A stretch of 59,385 bases of DNA from Vicugna vicugna (Eukaryota). The notes below the pieces were generated by a model. The model did not search any database. It worked only from the letters and a program-made list of their open reading frames with translations, and was not told where the DNA came from. A program made the position numbers and the translations under genes. The DNA is taken from the NCBI GenBank assembly GCA_013265495.1, contig MU058584.1:620001-679385 (forward strand), written 5' to 3'. Shown here one piece after another: positions 24,001 to 36,055 of this stretch; position 1 is the stretch's first letter; the number at the start of each line of letters is the position of its first letter.

Positions 24001-26714
24001 AGCCTCTGTATTCTATTCCATTGATCTCTCAGTACCGAATTCTTTTAATTACTGTAGTGATTACTGTGGTTTTATAATGTATTTTAAGATTTGATAGAAC
24101 TAGTCCCCTTTTTTTTGATCAAAAATTTTCTGGCTCTCTGGTAGGTTCCCTATGTTTCATTTCCCACTTGGATAAACCTTACTATCTTTGAAGAAAAATT
24201 TTAAAGTTCTGTTGATTTTTTTTTACTGGAAGCATACTGAATTTATAGATTAATTATGGTGAATTGATATGCTCCCAAACTGAATCCTTCCCTTCTAGTA
24301 AGACTTCTAGTAAGCTCCCTAGTAGATATTTAAGCTTTTATGTACAAGTCTTGCACATTTCATATTACATTTATTTCTGGGTATTATTTTTTTGCTGATG
24401 TAAATGAGATGTTTTATTATATCTTCTTCTTGGTTATTGTTTCTCTATCAGAAAGCTATTTATTTTATTTTATTTTTAAAGATTTTTTAAATTGAGTTAT
24501 AGTCAGTTTACAATGTGTCAGTTTCGAGAGTGGAGCACAATTTTTCAGTTATACGTGAACATACATATATTCATTGTCGCATTCTTCTTTGCTGTGAGCT
24601 ACCACAAGATCTTGTAAATATTTCCTTCTGCTATATGGTATAATCTTGTTTATCTATTCTACACATGTCAGTATCTACAAATTTCGAACTCTCAGTCTGT
24701 CCCTTCCCACCCCCCTCCCTCTGGCAACCACAAGTTTGTATTCTATGTCTATGGCTCTGTTTCTACTTTATATGTCCCTGGAGAATGTCATTTTAAGTGA
24801 AGTAAGCCAGAAAGAGAAAGAAAAATGCCATATGAAATCACTTATATATGGAATCTTAAAAAAAAAGAACATAAATAAATAGAAAGCTATTGACTTTAAA
24901 TTTCAAATGTATAAGCAGATATCCTTGTTGAATTTTGTTTTTAGTAGTTTTTTTCCAGTAAAATCTAGATTTCATAGGTATAAAACTCATGTTGGCTGCA
25001 AATAATAATAATTTTGCATCTTCCTTTTCAACTTCCGCATTTTTTTCCTTTGACTAATTACACTTGCAAATATCTCCTGCGAAATGTTACAAAGATGCTT
25101 ACCATGAGCATTTTTGGCTTATTCATGATTTTAGGGGTAATTCACCTAGTATTTCATCTGGCCTTTGATTAAGGAAGCATTTATCCAGCTCTGTCCGGTT
25201 GGAAGTGTGTAAATGCATGCATGTGTAAGTGCACACAAGTGAGTGCTAAAATGAGGGGTGGATGCTGAATTTTATCTAACACCTTTTAAGCAAATCTGAA
25301 TGAGCCACGAAATTTGTAACCTCTGACCTGTTAACACATAATTAAATTAAGAATTTTCCTACCATGGAACCATCCTTGATTTCTTGGATTGGACCATACT
25401 TGAGCATAGTGTATTTTCTCCTTTAATATGTTACTGGCTTCTATTTTGTTTTTAGTTCGTTGAAAGTTGATATTAAATGAAATTGATCTGTAGTTTTCTT
25501 TTTTTGAAAAAGAAATTTTACTTTCTTACATACAAATTGGAAAAAATCAGCAAAAAGAAGATTAACTTAAGCTAACAATATGTAGAGTATATGATTATGC
25601 AATTCTCAAAAGAATTAGCAATGGCTAAAAAATATATGAAAACACTCTCAACATCACTTGTAACTTGAAAATTCAAAGTGCTAACATCTTAAGGCTCCCA
25701 TTCTTGGATCTGGATTCCTGGCATCCTATAAAGAAAGATGCCTATTCTGTTAGGAATGGCAATCACTTTTGTCCTCATAGCTCCTAATGCTAAGAAACAC
25801 TAAAGCACATTCTTGGAGACACCTGGGTTTTAATTCCCACAACAAACAAGAGAAACTTCAGTGGTCTCCCCAAAGAGGAGAATCCTTAAAGACAGGAGAT
25901 TCCCGCTGATATCTGTTCAAGATTGCTTTCTAAACTAGGCTAAATAAGTTCCTCTCAGCAGGATAGCTCTGATACTCTGGCCTGGAACTTCATACTGAGC
26001 TCAGCCTCTTTGGAAACACCAAGTGAATTTCAACACAAGCAAATTGTTTGAGAAATCCCAGGTCTCTGTTTCCTCATCTATAAAATGATGGCTACTTAGA
26101 CTTGCCTTGATAGACTACAGAAAGGATGAAAGGAAATGATGTATGCTGAAGCCTTTTTACGAGTCTAAAGAAATTTGAAATATTATTTGTATTTTAAGCA
26201 TCGCAAGTGGACACAGCAGAATCTGTGTAAAAACCTGGCCTCTCAGGTTAAAATTTCATAAAGGGCACCTAGTCTTTTCCATACCAAATAAGCAAGCCAC
26301 TACAGGAGAGGCCCTTTCTCCCACAGCTGCCCTTCTCTCCACCCCCACCCCTTCTGCTGCTCCACAGAGTCTGCTCCTGCGGGCTTTGCACCAGGAGGGA
26401 AGGGCAGGTGGAGGAACCTGGACAGACACGTTCCTCCCATCCCCTCCTGGTAGTATCGATCTGTTTCTCGTTCTGCTCATATGGGCTACAAAGCCAGTCA
26501 AGTGCAATGCCTTTTCTACTTGGTTATCAGTCCTACATTCAGCATAAGGTCCCAAATGTGTGGAAGACGGGGCTACTCACGAGACACAGAGGCATAGGAC
26601 TCCTGGCATAGACTCGCTGTCTCTTAACAGAAAGTTGCCGTCCACCCCTTCCTCGAGCAGCAGGGTCTCGCAGTCTCGCTTGGACAGAGGGCCGTGGTAG
26701 TAAGGCAGATCCAT
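9031..26714 (-). CDS. SH2D1B: SH2D1B / EAT-2, SAP-family SH2 adaptor; spliced CDS of 4 exons (134+64+166+38 = 402 nt, 133 aa)
   Basis: Four exons with GT-AG junctions join in frame to give [133 protein letters not shown]. This is recognisably EAT-2, with the [10 protein letters not shown]2 motif and the DYVD tail. Confidence 0.97.
10652..10817 (-). CDS. SH2D1B: SH2D1B coding exon 3 ([37 protein letters not shown]...DSIY)
   Basis: Lies inside ORF 10569..10877; acceptor ttttgcAG and donor GTAAAA; 166 nt. Confidence 0.96.
12847..12910 (-). CDS. SH2D1B: SH2D1B coding exon 2 ([21 protein letters not shown])
   Basis: Acceptor ctttccacAG and donor GTAAGA; 64 nt; too short to appear in the ORF track; phases fit exons 1 and 3. 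Confidence 0.96.
14680..16215 (+). mobile_element. L2 LINE remnant
   Basis: Pyrimidine-rich L2-like sequence ending acagccagggtggtccttttagcaaaatgtgagtcagatcatgtc. Confidence 0.65.
15260..15431 (-). mobile_element. hAT DNA transposon relic (MER45A-like) nested in L2
   Basis: Terminal inverted repeat-like ends caggactggctacat / atgaagccagccc and MER45A-like internal sequence. Confidence 0.7.
16300..17030 (+). mobile_element. Old L1 ORF2 3' remnant
   Basis: atagagagtccagaaacagacccac and acatgaaaagatgcttcacttcactgtcaatcagggaaatg. Confidence 0.75.
20270..21150. repeat. Duplicated intron-1 block, copy A (pairs with ~39972-40645)
   Basis: Long near-identical direct repeat, e.g. cctacgactgcaggaagtccctcc and ctctggggagcaaaatgacaagatttcacatgtcaggat. 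Confidence 0.9.
23494..23642 (-). mobile_element. Short 5'-truncated lineage-specific L1 3' end
   Basis: Poly-T plus L1 3'UTR similar to 58871-59385; TSD aatatgttgttttc / aataagttgttttc. Confidence 0.75.
24461..24880 (-). mobile_element. 5'-inverted truncated L1 insertion
   Basis: Antisense 3'UTR (24461-~24770) followed by the sense upstream segment (~24771-24880), bounded by TSD agaaagctatt (24450-24460 and 24881-24891). Confidence 0.8.
26581..26714 (-). CDS. SH2D1B: SH2D1B coding exon 1 (MDLPYYHG...VLCLCVS)
   Basis: ATG at 26714-26712; donor GTGAGT starts at 26580; 134 nt, phase 2. Confidence 0.97.
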
Positions 26715-27000
26715 GGGGAGCCCCCTCGTATCCCTGAAATCCAGCCCCAAGTCCAGGGATGTCTCTGAGATGAGGAGTGGAGGCAGTTGGCCTAGTGGGG
26801 CCTGTGGAAACACCTCTTCCTCCTCTGTCTTGTGGGAGTGAGATAAAGTTGCTCTGTGGAACTCAGAGAGTTTCACAAGATTCAGGAAATGAGAGAGGTG
26901 GGGGTGACGAAGTGACCAAGACTTTTCAGCCTGTAAATGGCCCAAGTGTGACTCACAGGCGTGGGTTAAAGTATGTTTGAGTACACAGTGGAATCAGTGA
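26715..27000 (-). promoter_or_regulatory. Putative SH2D1B 5'UTR and proximal promoter
   Basis: Non-repetitive sequence directly upstream of the ATG with ETS-like (caggaaat), GATA (agataa) and RUNX-like (tgtggg) words; inferred from position only. Confidence 0.45.
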
Positions 27001-27789
27001 TGTTCATGGCCAGAGCTCAAGCTGCAGACAAGCCCCCCAGAACTGGCTTGCAGCCTTGTCCTTCACCCTCAATCACCAGTTTTCACCTTCTCTGGTTCAT
27101 GGCATCTCTTCCAGAAATCATATTACTGCTTTTTGCTGAATTGGATGCACATTTTCTGCTGAAGCTGCCCATGATTATGCTGTGCTTTGCCCAGAATGGC
27201 TGTTCAAAAAGTGTTCAGATGCTGAATGAATCCAGGTATATCCAGACACAGTGGAACAGCTGAAAATGTAGAACATCCATGGGTCAAATGACATGAAAAA
27301 TGGAAGACAGCAGTGGGAATAGAAGGCAGTTGGACACCGTGGTGGAGAAGAGCCCATCCACTGGCAAAGACTCCCAGCCACTGGTGACGAAAGGTTATTT
27401 TTAACATCCTCCAGCATTGTGCCTTTAGGGGAAAGTGCTGGTGCTGATGGGAGGGATATCTGGGTATGCAAATTTATTGCAGGACGCTTCTCCAGGTGGA
27501 AGAAAAGAACGTATTCAACTTGAGTTTGAAGATCCTCAGTTCCTTTGAAGTTCTCATCCTGCAGGACTGCAGTGATATGTCCTCATAAAGAAAGACCAAG
27601 AAAAGTCTATCCAACCAGAGACCCTGAGACACATTTAGACACACTGGTGTTGATAAGAAAACCCCCTCCCCCCGTTTTTTTTCCTGCTGAGCCTTTTCTA
27701 CCTTGATCGGCTGATACTCCTGGAGAAGGTAGTTTCTGTTACCTAAGAATCAGAATTAGCCCTAAGAGTAATTCTTAAGTCCTTTTTTC

Positions 27790-28100
27790 CCACCTATATT
27801 GATATATAATTGACATAAAACATTGTGTAAATTTAAGGTGTGCTGCATACGAATTTTGTACATTTATACATTGTAAATGATTACCACCATAGCATTAGCT
27901 AACACCACCATCTTGTCACATACTTCCCATTTCTATTTTGTGGTAAGAATATTTAAGATCTACTCTCTTAGCAACTTTCAAGTAAATAATACAGTATTGT
28001 TAACTGTAACCACCATGCTGTACATCAGATTCCTCAAATTTGGTCATCATATAAGTGGAAATTTGTACCCTTTGACCAACAATGCCATTTCCCCCAAGTC
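27790..28100 (-). mobile_element. L1 3' end fragment (L1MA-like)
   Basis: aagatctactctcttagcaactttcaagta...accatgctgtacatcagat. Confidence 0.75.
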
Positions 28101-28869
28101 TTTTTGAGCAACCAAACCATCCTATATAGTATTAATTAATTAATTTCAGAAAGAATAGAGTATCTATAATCCAAAGTTTTAAATTGGATTACATTTGTTT
28201 AACTCTCACAATTACCATCACACAATGTCAATTGGTATGAGCTATATGTAAATTTCTCTCCCTATTCAGCTGCTTTATCCAACTATCTATGGGAATTACT
28301 TGCTACGTATCTCAAGTACATATCTATAAAAGTAGAACTATGTGCTCAGGACCCATCCTTGCTTCTCTTACAGTCTTCTTAACTCAGATGATTACTTTGT
28401 CTTGTGTCTTTGTTTACCAGCTGTCTACCCACTCTTGGGGATCTGTCTTACGTTGAACTTCCCTGTAGCAGATTTTTGTTCTTCCTTGAAAGTCCCACCA
28501 CTCTGCTCTTGGTGTAATACGGTGTAATGTATTGTAATGGAGTGACCCTAATCAAGGAACTTATTACGAGACAGATATGCTTTCAAATCCCCATTTCTCT
28601 TGTGTGACCTTGGGCAATTTGCCATATAATTTCCTGGGAATTATGGCAGTTGAGGAGGGAACTTACTGATGAAAGAGGAAATTGGGGACCAAGTTTGGTG
28701 TGAGGATATTTTTTGATGTAAGGAGGAAATAATTGGATACACACTCAAGGTCTTTATCATCACAGGGACTTTCATGCCTTTTTTTTTTTTCCTGTTTCAA
28801 AACCCAGTCGCCTCATCCTTATTCATCATAAGAGAAATGAAAATTAAATCCACATAGAGATAACATCTT

Positions 28870-29880
28870 TCACCAATCATTTTTCCAAAGAAGATATAGT
28901 AATGGCCAACAAGTGCATGCAAAAGTTCTTACCATCATTGATTACTTGGGAGATGATAGGAGATCAAAATCATGGTGAGATATCACCCCACACATTTTAG
29001 AATGGCTATTATCAAAAGATAAGACATAACAAATGCTGGTGAAGATGTGGAGAAAAGGGAACCCTTGTGCACTGTTGGTGGGGATGCAAATTGGTATAGA
29101 CACTATGGAAAATAGTATGAAGTTCCTCAAAAATTTAAAAGTAGAACTACCATATGCTTCAGCAATTCTACTTCTGGATAAATATCTGAAGGAAATTATA
29201 TCACTATGTTGAAGAGCCATCTGCACCCCCATGTTCGCTGCAGCAATATTTACAATAGCCAAGACATGAAAGCAATATAAGTGTCCATCAACAGATGAAT
29301 GGATAAGGAAGACATGGTAAGTACGTACAGTGGAAAACTACTTAGCCATTAAAAAGAAGAAAAATTTTTGCCATTGCAACAACATGGATGGAACTTGAAA
29401 GCATTATGCCAAATAAAATAAGTCAGACAGAGAAAGACAAATACTGCACGATCTCACTTATCTGTGGAATTAGAAAAAAAACAAAAATGAAAACAACCAA
29501 ACTCATAGAAAATGAGATCAGTTTTGTGGTTGTCAGCGGTGGGGAATGAAGGGGTGGGTAATTGGCTGAAGGTGTTCAAACTACATCCTACTGAGCTACA
29601 TAACTACTAGGGATGTAAAGTACAACATGATGACTATAGTTAACACTGCTGTGTGGTATATTTCAAGGTTGCTAACAGTAGATTCTAAAAGTCCTCATCA
29701 CAAGAAAATAATTTTTTTCTCCTTTTTTGTGCATATGTCTATACTAGATGACAGATGTTAACTAAACTTACTGTGGTAATCATCTCATAATTTATACTAG
29801 TAAATCATTATGCTGTAACATTAAACTTATATAGAGCTGTATGTCAGTTATATATCAATAAAACGGAAAGAAAAAAAAAA
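28870..29880 (+). mobile_element. L1 ORF2 end and 3'UTR with A tail
   Basis: gatgtggagaaaagggaacccttgtgcactgttggtggg...gtgtccatcaacagatgaatggataa...aataaaa, then poly-A. Confidence 0.88.
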
Positions 29881-31732
29881 GGAAGAGACAGTTCTACTTA
29901 GATTCCTCAGAAATCTTGTTTCCTGTATCCAGTGATTTCTGAAGTCTGACTACACTGTTGCTCTTGGGCTTTTTGTCATTTTAATACATTTCCCTTTTGT
30001 CATAAACTACTTGGTGTTTTGTATTGTCTGCTACAGATGTCAAATAAATCCAGTGTGTGTGTGTCAGAATATCCACAGTCATCTCTGACTGTAACAGCAT
30101 GGTGAGTGAGTGTGTTGTGCTTATTAAAAGAGGCCTTCTTGGGGCAGACTGTGTAGGGTCTCCCATTTAATTCCTAACTGTCTTATTTTAGAAGATAGCA
30201 TTTTGTCTATCTCCTCGAATAGTTAACCCACTGCACCAGCATCATTCATGAACATGTTCTAAATTGGAACCCCAATATTTCTGGACCCTCCAAGGCGTTA
30301 AGGGCAGAATTGGCTATGTGAGAGGCAGTGTAGCATAGTGGTTTCAGCACTGGGCTTTACAGTCAGACTGCTTGGATTTGAATTCTAATTCCACCACTTA
30401 GTAACTGATGCAGGATGCATAACTTTCTGTGCCTTCATTTTCTAGAAAATGAGGATCATAATTATGATATTCGTCAGATAGGGTTGTTGAGAGGATTAAA
30501 TGAGGATATATACAGAGTGTACCTTGCACTTAGGGCACATAGTTAGGGCTCACTTTGCTATTTATTATTGTTCATATATAAGAATTCCAAACAAGATGAT
30601 CTCTGCCCTTTTCTGGATGGTGTTGAGTCTGGATGGGGCGCCTGGACCATTGGCAATCATCCTGGGACCACAAGAGCCAGGCTGTTTGCTGAAAAGGCCA
30701 AAGTGGAGAGAGAGAAAGAATCTGGGTCCTTGATAATGGCATTGAGCTACTTAACCGACTGACCTAGGAGCCAGTGCCTCCCCTGGACTTGCAGTGGTGG
30801 GGAGAATGAATTTCCTCCCTGGCTAAGCTATTTGAGTTGAGTTGAGGCTCATTTTTGCAGCAAAAATTATCCTGATAGATACACTGACACATGGCATTAC
30901 ATTTTTGAATTACTTCAGATACCACCTTAAGTAATTTTTTTTTAATGTAGTACATGTTACTCATCAACAAACAGTGTGTAGATGTCGCCACTGTAATGTT
31001 GAACTCCCACGGCTTTTTGGTTTCCCCATATCTTGACCTGTCAGCGTTCCTGAAGTCTCTCTACCACAGACTGATTATCTCTTATTTTCCCCTTATTACT
31101 CATTAAATAAAAATTTAAAAGCCATGTTATAATTGTATTGATTATTGAAAAAAACTAGTTCGGTATTAAATTAATACGAGCATACCTATGACATGCAGGT
31201 AAACTTCTGAACTTTTTAAGAGGTGGATACAGAGCATATTCTCATCTTACTGCTTTAGCTATTTTATATACTGGAAAATAGTTTTTAGATGCATCACTTT
31301 GTGTATAAATTGAAATACTCAGAAGTAAACAAAAGAAGAAAGAAAACCCTGAAGAGTGCAAATAAATACCTCAAAAGGGGCTGTGACATCCCAATAAATA
31401 TAAAAGGTAAACTTGGCAAGTATGGGTTTTAGGAGAAGATGTGATTTTGTTCATTCAGCGAGTAAACCTTAGGCAACTTTTTTTTCCCCTTGCAGTTTGG
31501 TTTAGGTGAGTGGACTTGAGCCTTCCTGGAACAACATAGGAGAAACCGAAGTTAAAATATCCTCCCTGCAACGAGGCTCGGTTGCTGGGCTAATTCATAA
31601 CAAAGAGGATCATACTCCTCCATGTAAGGACAGATGTGTGAGGAGAGAGATGTTAAGGGAATGTGCTCCATCCTCATGAGAGAAACCTGGATTTACTTCC
31701 TGAGGGAACTAGCTTTGTTAGGTGTGTTCATT

Positions 31733-32310
31733 TTGTATCATTGCTGTAACTTACTACAAACTTAGCCCCTTAAAACAAGACAGATTCATTCTCTCAGTTT
31801 CCTTAGGTGGGAAATCAGGCAGCCTTGACTCTGCTCAGAATCTCACGAGGCCACAATCAAGATGCTGGTAAGCCTGTGTTCCTTCTTAGACGCTCGAAGG
31901 GGGAATCCACATTCCTGCTCATTCCAGTTGTTGGTGGAACTCAGTTTCATACAGCTGTAGGACTGAGGACCCCTTTACTTGCTGTCTGTTCCTTGCTTCT
32001 ATAGGCTTCCCATGTGTCTTGGCTTATGGCCCCTTTCCTCCATCTTCAGAGTCAACAATGATGGGTCAAGTCTGTCTCACACTTCAGACCTCCCCTCTGC
32101 CTGCCTCTTCCACTGCACATCTGTAAGCAGCATTCTACCTTCTTCTACTTTTAAAAAGTCCTAGGATTCCATTGGACCAATCCAGACAACCCAGAACAAC
32201 CCTCTTGTTTTAAACTCAACTGGTTAGCATCTTAATTTCATCTGCAAAGTCCCTTTCGTCAAGTAAATTAACATATTCACAGGATCTAGGGCTTAGGGAG
32301 GGTGGTCATA
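31733..32310 (-). mobile_element. MaLR LTR (MLT1-like) in pseudogene intron 1
   Basis: ttgctgtaac...acaaacttagcc...aaagtccctttcgtcaagtaaattaacatattcacagg. Confidence 0.7.
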
Positions 32311-33154
32311 ATTCAGCTACCATTAGGGACATGATAAGGAAGAAAGAAAATCGAAAGAAGAAGCGGAGACAAACACCAGGGATAATCAGAAGAGAAAACA
32401 AAACAGCAGTGGTTAAGCGGTCAGTCTGAGGAAATGACAGATGTCTGCCTCGCTGCCCAGGCTGTTGGGGCGGGTCTGCCTTCTCTGCCACCTTTTTAAC
32501 TATGTTTCCTGGCCCTCAGTGGAAGCCCAGCCCCTGCGGTGGGGAACAGTGATGCTCCTCAGCAGGAAGTTGGCCGCTTTCAGCTCCAGCCACAGCACAA
32601 CTGTGATACCCGTTTATGCCGGACACTCCTGAGGGCTCCGCCGTGAGGCCGCTCTGACCTGTGAGCAGTGGGCCGGGAGCGGGTGGTAGTGGAGGTGGTG
32701 GTGTGTGGCAGCAAGAGATGGTTGTGTAGATGTTTTCCTTCTGGGCTTACAGGAAACATAATTGCACAAACTGAACCCCTCGTGTGGTGAGCAGGAGTCT
32801 GGAGGAGTCGGTGTGTCTCCCCCTGAAGTCTCCTGCAGGAGAGCAGTTTAATGCCATTACCTATCTCTTGCCCTCATCAGACCAAAGGGAGGAAAGCCAG
32901 AAAACTTCATACCAAGTGCTACTGAGACAGTGCCTGACTCTCACCAGCTCTGTTCCTTGCAGCTCAGCATCCTGGTCCTAGTCCTGAGGGCCGTCAGTGC
33001 ATAGGGATGGAAGGACATCACTGATGGCAAGCTTGGAAAGGTCCCCTCAGGGCGTTGGGGACTGAATGACTTTTCTTAAGATTGGCCCCTCCGTTTCACT
33101 GATGTGGCAGTGGAGCCAGAATGCTTCCTGGATAGACTTCTTAATTTCCTCCCT

Positions 33155-33617
33155 TGCATTCATTTCCTAGGGTTGCCGTAACAACGTATTAAAAACTGGG
33201 TGGCTGGAAGCAACAGAAATTAATTTTCTCACAGAGGCCAAAAGTCTGAAACCAAGGTTTTCGCAGGGCTATGCTCCCTCTGAGACCTATAGGAAGAATC
33301 CTTCTGTGTCCGTTCTAGCTTTCTGGTGTCTGTTAGAAATCCTGGTCCTTCCTTTGCAGGCAGCTACATCACTCCAAACTCTGTCTCCATCATCCCATGA
33401 TGTTCTCCCCGTGTGTTTTCACGTGGTGTTCTCCTGTCTGTGTCACTTCTCATCTTCTTATCAGGACACCAATCCTACTGGATTAAGGACCCATCCTACT
33501 CCGGCATGACCTCATGTTAACTAATTACATCTGCCACAGCCTTATTTCTGTGCAAGGTCATGTTCTAAGGTTCCAGGATGGACATGAATTTTTGGAGGAC
33601 ACTATCCAATCCAGTAT
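33155..33617 (-). mobile_element. MaLR LTR (MLT1B/C-like) in pseudogene intron 2
   Basis: tttcctagggttgccgtaacaa...ggattaaggacccatcctactccggcatgacctcat. Confidence 0.8.
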
Positions 33618-34106
33618 ACTTTCCTACTCCCCTCTTCTTCCACCTCCTCTTCCTCTTCTAAACCTCTGGGTGGGTTATGAGATGAGCTCCATCTAAATGG
33701 GAACTGCAGAAATGAGCTCCAAGGCCCGCGGACAAACTCCAGAACACAGGAAGGTTTTATCTCAGTGAGCAAAACTCACCGACAGGCCCTGGCTGAAGAC
33801 TGGGTAACCTCAGATGGACTGTTTCTTTTTTCATGTAGTCCCTCAGGGGCCAGGTTTAGAAGAGTCTGCATAAGGTTATGTCTGGAATCTTGGCTGTTTT
33901 CTCTCCCTCTTCTCGTGGGGTGGCCTAGAGAGGATTCTGTTTGTGCTTTCCATTTTCTATTAACTATTGCTTCCAACAGCGTGGCTAAGAAGGCCTCACA
34001 TTACGTTGGAATCCATGGTCTTTGAGAACAGGATTGTAACGCTATCCTAAAGTGTTCCTGGAAGGCAGGAGGAGAGATCACGCATACAGCTGGGCACCAG
34101 TGGGCC

Positions 34107-34767
34107 TGTTGCTGGTAGATGCAACCGGTGTCCAGGTTCTTGTCCTGCCCCAAAAAGAATTTAGAGACAAGTCACAGTGGTTAAAAAGGTAAAGTGAGGA
34201 TTTATTAAAGGATGGATAGTACACTCTCAAGGGGAGAGTGGGCAGGCTCAGGTGAGCAGTTGCCCAGTGTTTCTTTGGCAAGTTGTTTACATAGGGTGTA
34301 AAAATGAATGGGCAGGATATTCATTAGGAAGGGAACGGTCTGGGGTCGTATTCCCTAATTTTCATCCCAACTCCACCTTCCCAAAGGGAGGAGAGATTTT
34401 TGTCCTCATTCAGTCTGAATTGGAAGTGTCATGGTGTCGGTACATGATGGGTACATTATTTTAATCTGCAAGACTAATTTTATTGAAATAAGGGCATAAT
34501 GAACAAAAGGTTACATTCAGACCCTGGAGATTCCTGCCTTTTCCCACCTTTCTTTGCGGGCCTCCACGCTGCTCATCACCCCAAAAGGTGTGACCACTTA
34601 TCAGCCCAGAGGTTCCTGCTTTTCTTTTGTTGCACAGGGACCCCTGGTGCTTACATGATGCATGGTTTCCTGCATTTGGACTGTGTCCCTCCTTTCTGCC
34701 CAATTCCTGCCATTTGGCCTGAGCCCCCCTTTCTCTGCTCATCTCTAGCTGTCTACCTGCTCTGACA
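34107..34767 (-). mobile_element. Solo LTR (ERV-type, family not determined) inserted in the pseudogene IgC2 exon
   Basis: TGT...ACA termini, minus-strand AATAAA (tttatt at ~34201), flanks gggcc/ggacc (5-bp TSD with one mismatch); exon homology resumes directly after it. Confidence 0.8.
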
Positions 34768-35189
34768 GGACCAGAGGATTCTGTGTCCCAGGTCTGTCCT
34801 TAGTGACTCCTCAGGTTCTGTGACCTGGGCCAGAACTACACTTGCCAGGTTTCAACCCTCTGAGCAGTAACTTCTGCTCTCCCTGCCCAGCAGCCTCGTG
34901 CAAGTTATTGATCATTCTGGCATCTTCAGGACTCCTGGGAAATGATCCGAGAAGGTCTGGGGAGTGCTGAGAAGAGGATGCCCCCACTTCCAGCACACAC
35001 ACAGTCTCCCCCCACTCACACACGCCCCGCCCTCCACATAGGTGCTCTGGCCTCTTTCACATCTTAAGGGCAGGGAAATTGCGGGTACTTACTGCCTGGT
35101 GGATACGGATTTTCCTGGATAAAGTGCTCCTACCACTTGTGATCCTGGACACCTTAGGAATTTGTCGTATTCAGACATGGTGCTGTTTT

Positions 35190-36055
35190 AAAATATATGT
35201 TTTCATGGAAAATTCGAGGATCAGTAAGGCCTGCAATCAGGAGACTATTGCCCTTGGAAAAAAAAACAGTTTATTACAGTTCCCAAGAGGAGGGGACACA
35301 CGGGAAAACATAGGTCAGGAGTGTAAGAGCAGGGTGAGCGGGGAACTGCAGGCCACACCCTCCATTCTGGTTTCCCTGGGAAGGAACTGGCAAGGCAGGG
35401 TAAGGAGGTCTAGAATTGGCTGGTTTGAATAATTTCGGGGGACTCTGGGGCACAGGGGTTGTTCCTAGCTGTCTGGCACCTGGCCCTGGCTGGTTAGGGC
35501 GGGTGGGTAGTGGCTGGGAGTGTGAGGAGATAAAGGAGGTCGTTAGTAAGCCAGAAAGAGAAAGAAAAATACCATATGAGATCGCTCATATGTGGAATCT
35601 AAAAAACAAAAACAAACAAACAAACAAAAACAAAGCATAAATACAGGACAGAAATAGACTCATGGACAGAGAATACAGACTTGTGGTTACGGGGGCGGGG
35701 CGGGTTAGAGGGTGGGAAGGGATAGACTGGGATTTCAAAATTGTAGAACAGATAAACAAGATTACACTGTATAGCACAGGGAAATATACACAAAATGTTA
35801 TGATAAATCACAGAGAAATAAATGTGACAATGAGTGTGTATATGTCCATGTATGACTGAAAAATTGTGCTGAACACTGGAATTTGACACAACACTGTAAA
35901 ATGATTATGAATCAATAAAAATGTAAAAAAAAAATAAAAGGAGGTCGTTAGGACTCTGGATTGTTTGCCTTTTGCATTTAAATGTGAGCTGCTCAGTATC
36001 TCTAGGAACTGGCTAGCCCTGGGCAAGGCAGTCTCTCTAAAGGCTCAGCAAATCC
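35190..36055 (-). mobile_element. ERVL-like LTR remnant interrupted by a young L1 fragment
   Basis: Starts right after the pseudogene TM exon, has a minus-strand AATAAA, and continues across the L1 insertion; family uncertain. Confidence 0.5.
35547..35936 (+). mobile_element. Young 5'-truncated L1 3' end
   Basis: Perfect 15-bp TSD aaaggaggtcgttag (35532-35546 and 35937-35951), AATAAA plus A tail; near-identical to the reverse complement of 58871-59260. Confidence 0.9.

Larger units (their letters stand above)
22750..25500 (-). mobile_element. Old antisense L1 remnant with younger L1 fragments nested inside
   Basis: T-rich strand with antisense L1 ORF2 words (ttctattccattgatc, ggaaccatccttgatttcttgg). 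Confidence 0.7.
31375..35180 (+). pseudogene. Decayed SLAM-family paralog of the 44623-46698 gene
   Basis: Remnants lie in the correct order. Promoter/exon-1 donor AG|GTGAGTGG at 31506. IgV exon from 32753 (GNIIAQ, then frameshifted VSRSLEESVCLPLKSPAGEQFNAITY, SLQLSIL). IgC2 exon at 33980-34106 plus 34768-34903, with the shared acceptor aactattgcttc-aacAG. TM exon ~35069-35180 (IFLDKVLLPLVILDTLGICRIQT). Multiple frameshifts and stops. Confidence 0.85.

Noticed and set aside
26256..26611. Similar ORF pairs 26256..26555 / 42958..43392 and 26408..26611 / 43107..43448 as a novel gene family
   Set aside because: The similarity is explained by duplicated intron-1 DNA; starts and lengths are not conserved
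26715..26945. N-terminal extension of EAT-2 suggested by ORF 26577..26945
   Set aside because: The ORF starts at TTG, not ATG, and the recognisable EAT-2 N-terminus begins at the ATG at 26714
35586..36026. ORFs here and at 58917..59120 and 28942..29262
   Set aside because: Chance translations of L1 3'UTR or antisense ORF2 sequence
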